The notes below the pieces were generated by a model that did not search any database, was not told the DNA's origin, and was given only the letters and a program-made list of their open reading frames with translations. Below, piece after piece: positions 27,201 to 34,236 of a DNA stretch of 40,000 nucleotides. Each line of letters starts with the position of its first letter. Position 1 is the stretch's first letter. Position numbers and translations under genes: made by a program. The DNA is from Methyloceanibacter caenitepidi. Its GTDB lineage: Bacteria > Pseudomonadota > Alphaproteobacteria > Rhizobiales > Methyloligellaceae. The stretch covers positions 1,955,400 to 1,995,399 of the forward strand of contig NZ_AP014648.1 in NCBI RefSeq assembly GCF_000828475.1, in the 5' to 3' direction.

Positions 27201-27426
27201 CACGGGGCCTGGTTCGGAAATCCAGAAACCTCTGGCGATTGTCGTGATCGGCGGGCTCGTGAGCTCGACGGCGCTCACACTCATCCTGCTTCCCATCCTG
27301 TTCCGGCGCTTTGGCGTTGCGGACCTTTCATCCCGCACATCTGACGGAAAACTCTCATGGACCAATCCCTTTGCAAGCTCACGCTTGTCTGCCCCCCGGA
27401 CAGCGCCGACCACATCGCCGAGCTGA
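24262..27426 (+). CDS. Heavy-metal-efflux RND transporter, CusA/CzcA family (CusA-like TM4 signature)
   Basis: 1054 aa with the 12-TM RND architecture. The N-terminus MLRRLIEFSLTQRVFMLL...IPIDAFPDISPVQV is typical of HME-RND pumps. TM4 reads LAIAIGLIVDAAVVVVEN. Confidence 0.95.
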   Translation: MLRRLIEFSLTQRVFMLLVYALVAAVGVYAFRTIPIDAFPDISPVQVKMILKAPGMTPEEVETRVITPIEMELLGIPGQTILRSSAKYGVADITLDFEEGTDLYWARQQVAERLAGVRADLPGSVTGGLAPISTPLSDVFMFTIEGGELSLEERRSLLDWTIRPALRTIPGVADVNALGGMVRTFEVAPNSAALADAGLGVSDLAAAIEASNRNDGAGRLSEGEKALVVRSEGAITTPKDLEQIVLKMDGARVLRLGDVATVGIGNLTRYGAVTENGNDEAVQGLVLSLRGADASAIVQAVRERLDELKPSFPPGVTIDVFYDRSDLISSAVGTVTKALLEATVLVVILLVAFLGNLRAAFVVALTLPFAALLTFVMMRLFGMTANLMSLGGLAIAIGLIVDAAVVVVENTVERLQHAKPDSKIPKLNEVYRAASEVATPVTAGIIIICLVFLPLLSLSGLEGKLFGPVALTMIMALSGSLVLSLTLIPVLSSFVLKSGAHAEPWLVRMMTRGYRALLKACLRFPLPVYLLAAAGLAALVVAYGAIGKTFMPTMDEGNVIMQITKHPSINLQASIDGDLSIQRALKEKVPEVERIVARVGSDELGLDPMGLNETDMFLVLKPKDEWRVPDKQWLVEQLRTAMADLPGYEFAFTQPIEMRTAEMLTGSRGDLAVKIFGPDLQVLSDISAKIQSTLRGVPGAAEVSTVANDSVDYMQIAVDRLASGRTGLSVTRLQDELRSVIEGAPVGLVAEPGRRTNIVIRGSETVREDPDIFAMTQFAAGDGGLVRVGDVAQLERVAGPIKISRENASRFAVVQAYVTGRDLVGFVEEAQRAVAEKVQLPQGYRLVWGGQFENQRRAATRLSIVIPIALVLIFGVLFATLRSMRQSLLILANVPFALVGGLLALWLSGEYLSVPASVGFIALLGIAVLNGLVLVSHFNELLANGMAVRDVVYEGAVRRLRPVMMTASIAAFGLVPLLFATGPGSEIQKPLAIVVIGGLVSSTALTLILLPILFRRFGVADLSSRTSDGKLSWTNPFASSRLSAPRTAPTTSPS

Positions 27427-27737
27427 TGCTGAATTTCGAGCCGCCGCTGCCGGGATTCACGACGTGGGCTGCCGAAGGCCACGGTTTCGGTTTCGCCGAC
27501 GCGACCGTCAGCGAGCGCGTGCGCGGGCGTGTGAAGCGCACCGTGATCGTGGCCGTGCTCGGCCGAGGCGCCGCCGCCGACGTTCTCGACCTAATCGAGC
27601 GAAAGGGCGCCGTCGCCCACCTCTCTTACTGGATCGAACCTGTCGATGGCTTTGGGCAGATGCAGCGGACTGACCCGACGCCAGAACAACGTGACGAGAA
27701 ACCTAACCCCCAACCCAACCCGGAGGCCAAACAATGA
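27357..27737 (+). CDS. DUF3240-like small cytoplasmic protein (PII/CutA-like fold suspected)
   Basis: 126 aa with no signal peptide. KLTLVCPPDSADHIAELML...PGFTTWAAEGHGFG matches my memory of DUF3240 proteins found next to RND pumps. The first 70 nt overlap the RND gene out of frame. Confidence 0.65.
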   Translation: MDQSLCKLTLVCPPDSADHIAELMLNFEPPLPGFTTWAAEGHGFGFADATVSERVRGRVKRTVIVAVLGRGAAADVLDLIERKGAVAHLSYWIEPVDGFGQMQRTDPTPEQRDEKPNPQPNPEAKQ

Positions 27738-28045
27738 CCACCTACCGTCCAACCACACCCGTCAGCGCACGCCGGTTGCAGCCGCTCAGAGGAATGGTGC
27801 TCGCAGCGATGACCGCCGCTTTGCTCGGAGCGCCTGCATTCGTCCCGGAGGCACGCGCGGCGTCGTCTCAAACAGCGGCGGCTCAGCTTGAGCCCGCAAA
27901 CTGGTTCGGCGCGAAGCGCAAGTCCAAGAAGACCAGCAACGTCAAAAGCAGCGATGCGAATGCCGGTCGAGGTAGCTGCTGGGAATACCGGCGCCATGGA
28001 GGGCGGTGGAAGCGAGTGAATGTCTGCTTCCTCGAAGGCAAATAG
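27734..28045 (+). CDS. Small basic exported protein with two Cys (103-aa precursor)
   Basis: The ATG overlaps the preceding stop (ATGA). The N-terminus SARRLQPLRGMVLAAMTAALLGAPAFVPEARA is signal-peptide-like and contains an RR pair. The mature part is Lys/Arg-rich and ends in CWEYRRHGGRWKRVNVC. Confidence 0.55.
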   Translation: MTTYRPTTPVSARRLQPLRGMVLAAMTAALLGAPAFVPEARAASSQTAAAQLEPANWFGAKRKSKKTSNVKSSDANAGRGSCWEYRRHGGRWKRVNVCFLEGK

Positions 28046-28217
28046 GCGGCTCGCGTTCCCCAAGCCGGTAAGGACCGTCCAAACGGGCTCTTACCGCCAA
28101 GCCGTTGGTCACGTGTGATCGCTTGTTGGCTTCCATGACCGGTGAAACGTCTTCCGCCGGTTCCCATATTATCGACAGCGGTTGCAGGTGACCTGAACGT
28201 AGTAAGAGGAGGATCAC

Positions 28218-28799
28218 ATGAACAGAATTCGTATGGGTCTGCTAGCGGCAGGCATGACGCTTGCGGTCGCGGCAACCCCGGCGCTCGCTCAACAAGGCGG
28301 CCAAGGCGGCGGTATGATGGGCCAGGGTGGTGCCGGTGAAGGCAAGGGCATGATGCAAGGTGGCAAGGCGCAAGGCGGCATGATGGGCCAGCGCAAGAGC
28401 AGCTGCCCGAAGATGGGCGGCATGATGGGCCACGGAATGATGGGCAAGGGCATGATGGGGAAAGGCATGATGCATTCCCGCCCGATGATGGAAGCGCGTC
28501 TTGCCTATGTGAAAACGGACCTGGAGATCACCGATGCTCAGATGGACGCCTGGAACGCCTATGCGGACGCGTTCCGGAAGCGCCACGACGCCATGGCAAG
28601 CATGCACACCGACATGATGGCGGCCAAGAACGACGGCACGGCCGTGGAGCGGCTGGATGCCCGCATCAAGGCGACCGAAGCCAAGCTGGACGGCTTGAAG
28701 GCTCTCAAGGCGCCGACCGACGGCCTCTATCAAGTGCTGTCGGATGAGCAGAAGAAGAAGGCGGATGCGCTGCTGGGCAGCGGTTGCGGCATGATGTGA
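28218..28799 (+). CDS. Periplasmic Met/Gly-rich protein with CpxP/Spy/ZraP-like (LTXXQ) C-terminal domain
   Basis: GAGGAGG SD and signal peptide MNRIRMGLLAAGMTLAVAATPALA. Repeats GMMGQGG/GMMGHGMMGKGMMGKGMMH. Two LTXXQ-like motifs (ITDAQ, LSDEQ) lie in a helical domain. Confidence 0.8.
   Translation: MNRIRMGLLAAGMTLAVAATPALAQQGGQGGGMMGQGGAGEGKGMMQGGKAQGGMMGQRKSSCPKMGGMMGHGMMGKGMMGKGMMHSRPMMEARLAYVKTDLEITDAQMDAWNAYADAFRKRHDAMASMHTDMMAAKNDGTAVERLDARIKATEAKLDGLKALKAPTDGLYQVLSDEQKKKADALLGSGCGMM
28296..28494 (+). repeat. In-frame tandem GGCATGATGGG-type repeats encoding (G)MMG units
   Basis: ggyatgatg recurs at least 8 times between about 28311 and 28470. The densest run is ggcatgatgggccacggaatgatgggcaagggcatgatggggaaaggcatgatgcat. 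Confidence 0.85.
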
Positions 28800-28806
28800 G
28801 ACCCAA

Positions 28807-28835
28807 GGTTGGACAACCTTCCTGGCTGTCCAACC
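28807..28835 (+). terminator. Terminator-like hairpin after the Met-rich gene (no T-tract)
   Basis: 9-bp stem GGTTGGACA / TGTCCAACC with an 11-nt loop. An alternative 7-bp hairpin is AAGGTTG/CAACCTT. Confidence 0.35.
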
Positions 28836-28969
28836 AGTCCGCCTTGTGTCGGGCCACCCCGAAAATCGAGATTGTGAGCGCGAGTCGCGCGGGCTCCGAG
28901 GCGCCGACACAACGGTCGAATGGCTTGTATCAGCTGGAATCCGGTCTTCCGCTAAGCCATTGAGAATAT

Positions 28970-29045
28970 TGGTGAGCGCGCTGGGACTCGAACCCAGGAC
29001 CCTCTGATTAAAAGTCAGATGCTCTACCGGCTGAGCTACGCGCTC
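28970..29045 (-). tRNA. tRNA-Lys (anticodon UUU), CCA encoded
   Basis: The reverse complement reads GAGCGCGTAGCTCAGCCGGTAGAGCATCTGACTTTTAATCAGAGGGTCCTGGGTTCGAGTCCCAGCGCGCTCACCA. It has a 7-bp acceptor stem, anticodon loop CTTTTAA and T-arm GGTTCGAGTCC. Confidence 0.95.
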
Positions 29046-29260
29046 CCACCAAGCCGTCCATATGGAGCGGGAGGCAGGGCGAGGTCAACACGCTAGGCCG
29101 ACGTTTGCCCGATTCTTTCGCCGCAGGGGCGGGGGCGCCGCTCCCGGGATCGCGACGGGACACGCGAAATGGGCCTGTTCATCCGCCCTCACCATTCAGT
29201 ATGGTCCCGTCCGGCCCTACCGGGCCCAAGGACCGGAACGTGGGGAGTGGGGGAACAGTC

Positions 29261-29542
29261 ATGAGCATAAAGGCGAAGCACGGCTCTCCGTGGCGATATT
29301 GGCCGCGGCTGCTGTTGATCATTCCATTCGCGCTCGTCGCCTGGGTTCCCCTTTACAACCGCATCGAACCCACTCTCTTCGGTATTCCATTCTTCTACTG
29401 GTATCAGCTGGCCGCCATCATCGTGGGCGCCTTGGTGGTGATGGCCGTCTACTACCTCGACCGGCGTGAGACGTTCGCGGCGGAGCAGGCCGGCGATAAG
29501 ACGAAATCCGGTACGGACGCGGGACGCGGAGGGCGCCCGTGA
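29261..29542 (+). CDS. DUF3311-like small membrane protein (symporter-associated)
   Basis: 93 aa with two TM helices (WRYWPRLLLIIPFALVAWVPLYN, FFYWYQLAAIIVGALVVMAVYY). The stop overlaps the symporter GTG (GTGA). The ORF-track start at 29105 is over-extended. Confidence 0.72.
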   Translation: MSIKAKHGSPWRYWPRLLLIIPFALVAWVPLYNRIEPTLFGIPFFYWYQLAAIIVGALVVMAVYYLDRRETFAAEQAGDKTKSGTDAGRGGRP

Positions 29543-31077
29543 ACTTCGACCTGACCGCGACCATCGTCTTTGTAGCCCTGTTCGTTTTCGTCACTTGGGT
29601 CGGCTTCGTCGCCGCGCGTTGGCGGAAAGCGGATCTCGATCAGTTGCACGAATGGGGACTCGGAGGCCGCCGCTTCGGCACGATCGTGACGTGGTTCCTC
29701 CTCGGGGGCGATCTCTACACGGCCTACACCTTCATCGCCGTGCCCGCGCTCGTGTTCGGTGTGGGCGCGATGGGCTTCTTCGCCGTGCCCTATACGATCA
29801 TGATCTATCCGATCCTGTTTCTGGTGTTCCCGCGTCTGTGGGTCATCGCCAGACGGGAAGGGCATGTGACGGCGGCGGACTATATCCGCTTCCGCTTCAA
29901 CTCGCGTTTACTGGCGCTGGCGGTCGCCATGACGGGTCTCGTCGCGACCATGCCCTATATCGCGTTGCAGCTCGTCGGCATGGAAGTAGTGATCGGCGCG
30001 CTCGGTTTCGACACGCAAGGCTTTGCCGGACACATCCCGCTCATCATCGCCTTCATCATCCTGGCCGCCTTCACCTATACGAGCGGCCTGCGCGCGCCGG
30101 CGCTGATCGCCGTGGTGAAGGATATGCTCATCTTCGTCACCATCTTTGCGGCGATCGTGATTATCCCGGCCAAGCTCGGCGGCTACGGCGCGATCTTCGA
30201 TGCGGTCCCGCAAGCCAAGCTGACCCTGACGCCACCCACCGGCGACTCGCTCGGCAATTTCAGCGCCTACGTGACCCTGGCGCTCGGCTCGGCGCTGGCG
30301 CTGTTCCTGTATCCGCATTCGATGACGGGGATTTTGAGCGCCTCGAGCGGCCGGGTCATTCGGCGCAACGCCGCCGCGCTCTCGGCCTATTCCTTCATTC
30401 TGGGCTTGATCGCGCTGCTGGGCTACATGGCCATCGCGGCCGGCGTCGATAAGAACCCGCTTCACGCGGCCGGCTTCGAACGCTACGGGGCAAATTTCGC
30501 CGTGCCCGCGCTGTTTCTCGACATGTTTCCAAGTTGGTTCGTGGGCGTCGCTTTCGCCGCGGTGGCCATCGGCGCGCTCGTGCCCGCGGCGATCATGTCC
30601 ATCGCCTGCGCAAACCTGTTCACCCGCAATCTCTATAAGGAGTATTGGCGGCCGCACTGCAGCGACGCGGAGGAAGCGCGTGTCGCCAAGATCGTGTCGC
30701 TCGTGGTGAAGGTGGGCGCGGTCGTCTTCATTCTGGCGATCCCCACCAGCTATGCGATCCAATTGCAGCTCCTCGGCGGCATCTGGATCATTCAGCTTCT
30801 GCCGCCGATCCTGCTCGGATTGTTTACGCGGGGCTTCAACGCGCACGCATTGTTGCTTGGCTGGGCGGCCGGCACCGCGGTGGGCACGTACATGGCCGCC
30901 AGCCGCGGCTTCGTGTCCTCCATCTACCCGTTCGAGGTGCTCGGACTAACGGTCCCCGGCTATGCGGCGCTCTACTCGGTCATCGTGAATCTTCTCGTGG
31001 CCGTGGCGTTGAGTCCCGTGCTGGATCGCCTTTGGCCGCAGGCCGAACCGCTCGACCGGGCCCCGATTCGCCGGTAG
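29539..31077 (+). CDS. Sodium:solute symporter (SSS) family transporter
   Basis: 512 aa with about 13 TM helices. The N-terminal region has an SSS-like GGRRFG motif. Paired with a DUF3311-type small subunit. Confidence 0.9.
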   Translation: MNFDLTATIVFVALFVFVTWVGFVAARWRKADLDQLHEWGLGGRRFGTIVTWFLLGGDLYTAYTFIAVPALVFGVGAMGFFAVPYTIMIYPILFLVFPRLWVIARREGHVTAADYIRFRFNSRLLALAVAMTGLVATMPYIALQLVGMEVVIGALGFDTQGFAGHIPLIIAFIILAAFTYTSGLRAPALIAVVKDMLIFVTIFAAIVIIPAKLGGYGAIFDAVPQAKLTLTPPTGDSLGNFSAYVTLALGSALALFLYPHSMTGILSASSGRVIRRNAAALSAYSFILGLIALLGYMAIAAGVDKNPLHAAGFERYGANFAVPALFLDMFPSWFVGVAFAAVAIGALVPAAIMSIACANLFTRNLYKEYWRPHCSDAEEARVAKIVSLVVKVGAVVFILAIPTSYAIQLQLLGGIWIIQLLPPILLGLFTRGFNAHALLLGWAAGTAVGTYMAASRGFVSSIYPFEVLGLTVPGYAALYSVIVNLLVAVALSPVLDRLWPQAEPLDRAPIRR

Positions 31078-31140
31078 GCTCCGAGCTGCTGTCTTTCCGC
31101 CATCGGGCGGGGAGTGAGCCTGCGATAGGGAGGGATCGTC

Positions 31141-31437
31141 ATGGCACAACACAATCCGCAGAGCCGCGGCTACTTGCTCATCGTCCTGGCGGCGATTGTG
31201 GTCTGCTTCGTGATTGCGCAGCTCATTCTTGGCGGCGGCGAGAGCGACACGCACACCGCGACGGATGCCGCGGGCAGCCACCAGGCAGAGGCATCGGACC
31301 CGGCACACGAGGAGACGATGTCCGAGGAGGTCCCGCCCCGCATGCAAATGGGCGGCGGAATGGACGACGGCGTGTCGCCGCCCGACGAGATGCAGGACGA
31401 CAGCACGCTCGACGGAGCGCCAAAGGAAAATCCCTAA
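31141..31437 (+). CDS. Hypothetical membrane-anchored acidic protein (98 aa)
   Basis: GGGAGGG SD. One TM helix (YLLIVLAAIVVCFVIAQLIL) followed by an Asp/Glu/Met-rich tail. Confidence 0.55.
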   Translation: MAQHNPQSRGYLLIVLAAIVVCFVIAQLILGGGESDTHTATDAAGSHQAEASDPAHEETMSEEVPPRMQMGGGMDDGVSPPDEMQDDSTLDGAPKENP

Positions 31438-31845
31438 GCTTGGCGCAAGGCGTTTGCGCAAATCGGGAGTTTGAAGCGGGGATGTCGGCGTGACCTCCGC
31501 CTGTTCCGGAAGCCAAAAAGGAAGAGCCCCGGCGCGGGGAGTGCCGAGGCTCGTACGCATTACACAGAACGCACTACCTGCCCAGACCGAACTCTACTGG
31601 GCAGGGGGATCATGGCGAGTCCCTATGGCAGTTCTATGACGATTCGTTGTCAGTTAGCTTAATAGCCACAGCCATTTGCGCCGGGACGCTCAACCCGTTT
31701 GATGACGTCCTCAGATGGCCGGAAAGTCCGCTGCATGGCCGCGCAGAGGCGGCCGCAAGAGACCCCGCGCGAGGTGTCTTGTGCCATACGGTGACGCATG
31801 CAAAATGCGCGTGGCGCATCTGAAAAGCTTCGCGAGGACAACGAT

Positions 31846-32832
31846 ATGCGGTGGCGCGGCCAGCGGCAGAGCGAGAACGTTGAAGACCGGCGCGGGAGTG
31901 GCGGCGGGGTCTTCCGGTTTCCACTTCCCGGTGGCGGCGGGATGCGCTTTCCGTCGAGCGGCGGCGGTGGCGGCAAGGGTGGCGGCATCGGCCTCCTTGG
32001 CCTCCTGATAATCCTTGGTCTCGTGCTGTTTTTCGGGTTCGATCCCGGCTCCCTCATGCAAGGGTCTGGACCCACCGGCGGCAGCGGATCGGGCTTCCCC
32101 GATATTCGCCTGCCGCAGCAGCCTCGGACCACCAACCTTCCGGCGCCCGGCACGCAGGGCCAAATCGCCAAGCCCCAATCTTCGAGCGAAGACGATCTCA
32201 AGAGCTTCGTCTCGGTGGTTCTCGCGACCACGGAGGATGTTTGGAACAATGTCTTCAACCAGCTCGGCGGGAGATACAGGGAACCCCGGCTGGTCTTGTT
32301 CGAGGGCTCCGTTCGCTCTGCCTGCGGTACGGGCATGTCGGCCATGGGGCCTTTCTACTGCCCGGCGGACGAAAAAGTGTATATCGACCTCGATTTCTAC
32401 CGTGAACTGAAGAACAGGTTCCGGGCCCCCGGCGACTTTGCACAGGCTTATGTGATCGCCCATGAGGTCGGGCACCACGTTCAGAAGGTTTTGGGAATTG
32501 CCGACAAGGTCGAGGCGGCGAAACGGCGGATGGGCCGCAGGGGCGGCAATGCCCTGCAGGTCCGCATGGAGTTACAGGCCGACTGCTTTGCCGGGGTTTG
32601 GGCCCACCAGATGCAGGCTGACAAAGGACTGATCGAGCCGGGCGATATCGACGAGGCTCTGCAAGCGGCCAGCGCCATCGGCGACGACCGTATTCAGCGC
32701 CAGACTCAAGGTTACGTGGTTCCCGATTCCTTCACCCATGGCTCGTCGGAACAACGGGTGCGCTGGTTTCGCCGCGGATTCCAGAGCGGTCAGCTTCAAG
32801 CCTGTGATACGTTCAACACTGATCAACTATAG
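31846..32832 (+). CDS. ypfJ: YpfJ-family neutral zinc metallopeptidase
   Basis: The MRWRGQRQSENVEDRRG N-terminus is typical of YpfJ. One TM helix, Zn motif HEVGHH, and C-terminal HGSSEQRVRWFRRG. Confidence 0.88.
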   Translation: MRWRGQRQSENVEDRRGSGGGVFRFPLPGGGGMRFPSSGGGGGKGGGIGLLGLLIILGLVLFFGFDPGSLMQGSGPTGGSGSGFPDIRLPQQPRTTNLPAPGTQGQIAKPQSSSEDDLKSFVSVVLATTEDVWNNVFNQLGGRYREPRLVLFEGSVRSACGTGMSAMGPFYCPADEKVYIDLDFYRELKNRFRAPGDFAQAYVIAHEVGHHVQKVLGIADKVEAAKRRMGRRGGNALQVRMELQADCFAGVWAHQMQADKGLIEPGDIDEALQAASAIGDDRIQRQTQGYVVPDSFTHGSSEQRVRWFRRGFQSGQLQACDTFNTDQL

Positions 32833-32973
32833 CACGAGGTCTGAAGAGACATATCGCGCTTAGTGTGGTGCGTTGTCCCCCGAGTCAGCGTAAGCTGTAA
32901 TTTCTGAGCGAGGTCAACGAGGTGCGGTCTCTTGGCTGACCCAATAATCAATAATCAATAAGCGGGGGGCCAG

Positions 32974-34209
32974 TTGGGTATTTGCCGGTGGTTGGTGGCC
33001 GCAGCGTTTTTCGCTGTCTCGGCCCATGTCTGGGGCGTGGCCGACGCGTCGGACGATGAAGTTGTTCTTGGCACGACGCTGCCGTTGACGGGGGCCCACC
33101 GTCGCAGCGGGGCCAATACCAAAAATGGATACGAACTCGCCATCCGCCAGGTGAATGGGCGGGGCGGGATTGTCGTGCGCGGAAAGCGCTATCGCCTTAA
33201 GGCGCGCTACTACGACGACAACTCGGATCCCTTGCAGGCGCAGGAACTGATCGACCGTCTGATTCACACGGACGGCGTAAAGTTCATCCTCGGCCCGTAT
33301 CACGGTGGGCAAAATCGCGCCGTGCTGACGACGATCGAGCGCAACCGTGTTCCCATGGTCGACGCGCATTCGGTTCCGCGGAAGCAAGGCGCCCGGGGCA
33401 GCACCTATTCTTTCGCCGTCGCCGCGACGCCAGATCAATACTTCACACCCGCGCTGGAATTCGCTGCTGCTTTTGCCGAGAAGTTCGGAAAGGCCGCGAA
33501 CGGGCTGAGGATCGGCATGGCGACCGAGGACGATACGTTCTCGCGCGAAGTGCGCGCCGGCATCCTGTCCGATGTTCGGCGACTCGGCATTGCTTGCATC
33601 ATCGACGACCAATTGCCCGAGAACTTCGAGAGCATGGCCGCGACGTTGGATAAGGTGAAAAAGCTCAAGCCCGACATTTTTTTGGTGTCGGGGCACGACG
33701 AGACGGCCGTGACGGCGGTAACCGAAATCGAGAAATCAGGCGCAGGCTTGCCGATGGTTGCGGTGACCCATTGCGAAACCGCGCGACTCGCACAGTCGGG
33801 TAATCGCTCCTCCAACTTCGTCTTTTGCCCGGTGCAATGGGATCGCGCGGCGAAGCACAAGGGTGCTCTGTTCGGGACGAGCGAAGAATTCGCGCGTCTA
33901 TACGAGAAGACCTTCAATGATGAGCCGACGTCCGTCGCGGCCCAGGCCGCGGCTGCGGTCTACGTTTTTGCCGATGCATTCAAGCGTGCGCAAAGTTTTG
34001 AGCCTGAAGAAGTGCGGGACGCGATCTCGGCCACCGACCTCGATACGTTTTTCGGACACATCAAGTTCGACGCTCAAGGCACGAACAGCAAGAAGTCGTT
34101 GATGCTCACGCAGATCATCGACGGAGATTATGTGCTCATCGCACCGCATGCCTGGGCGGAGCAGGAGCCGGTCATCACGAAACCGGCGGTCACCGATCAA
34201 GCGCCATAG
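32974..34209 (+). CDS. ABC-transporter periplasmic substrate-binding protein (LivJ/branched-chain amino-acid type), orphan
   Basis: 411 aa with a TTG start and a signal peptide. Type-I PBP motifs (LGTTLPLTG, NGYELAI). No permease or ATPase genes are adjacent. Confidence 0.82.
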   Translation: MGICRWLVAAAFFAVSAHVWGVADASDDEVVLGTTLPLTGAHRRSGANTKNGYELAIRQVNGRGGIVVRGKRYRLKARYYDDNSDPLQAQELIDRLIHTDGVKFILGPYHGGQNRAVLTTIERNRVPMVDAHSVPRKQGARGSTYSFAVAATPDQYFTPALEFAAAFAEKFGKAANGLRIGMATEDDTFSREVRAGILSDVRRLGIACIIDDQLPENFESMAATLDKVKKLKPDIFLVSGHDETAVTAVTEIEKSGAGLPMVAVTHCETARLAQSGNRSSNFVFCPVQWDRAAKHKGALFGTSEEFARLYEKTFNDEPTSVAAQAAAAVYVFADAFKRAQSFEPEEVRDAISATDLDTFFGHIKFDAQGTNSKKSLMLTQIIDGDYVLIAPHAWAEQEPVITKPAVTDQAP

Positions 34210-34236
34210 CCATCCGTACGTGACGCGTCCGGCGCC

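Noticed and set aside
28191-28198. ACCTGAAC copy of the operator repeat 20 nt upstream of the Met-rich gene
   Set aside because: This is a single 7-8-mer with no phased partner. Several such hits are expected by chance in 40 kb, and it lies too close to the start codon for a typical activator site.
28296-28494. Short tandem repeats considered as a possible CRISPR or minisatellite
   Set aside because: The repeats are in frame inside a well-supported CDS and encode MMG units. There is no spacer-repeat architecture.
31659-32478. 228- and 255-aa minus-strand ORFs
   Set aside because: Both are antisense to ypfJ, whose plus frame has the HEVGHH zinc motif and the canonical N-terminus.
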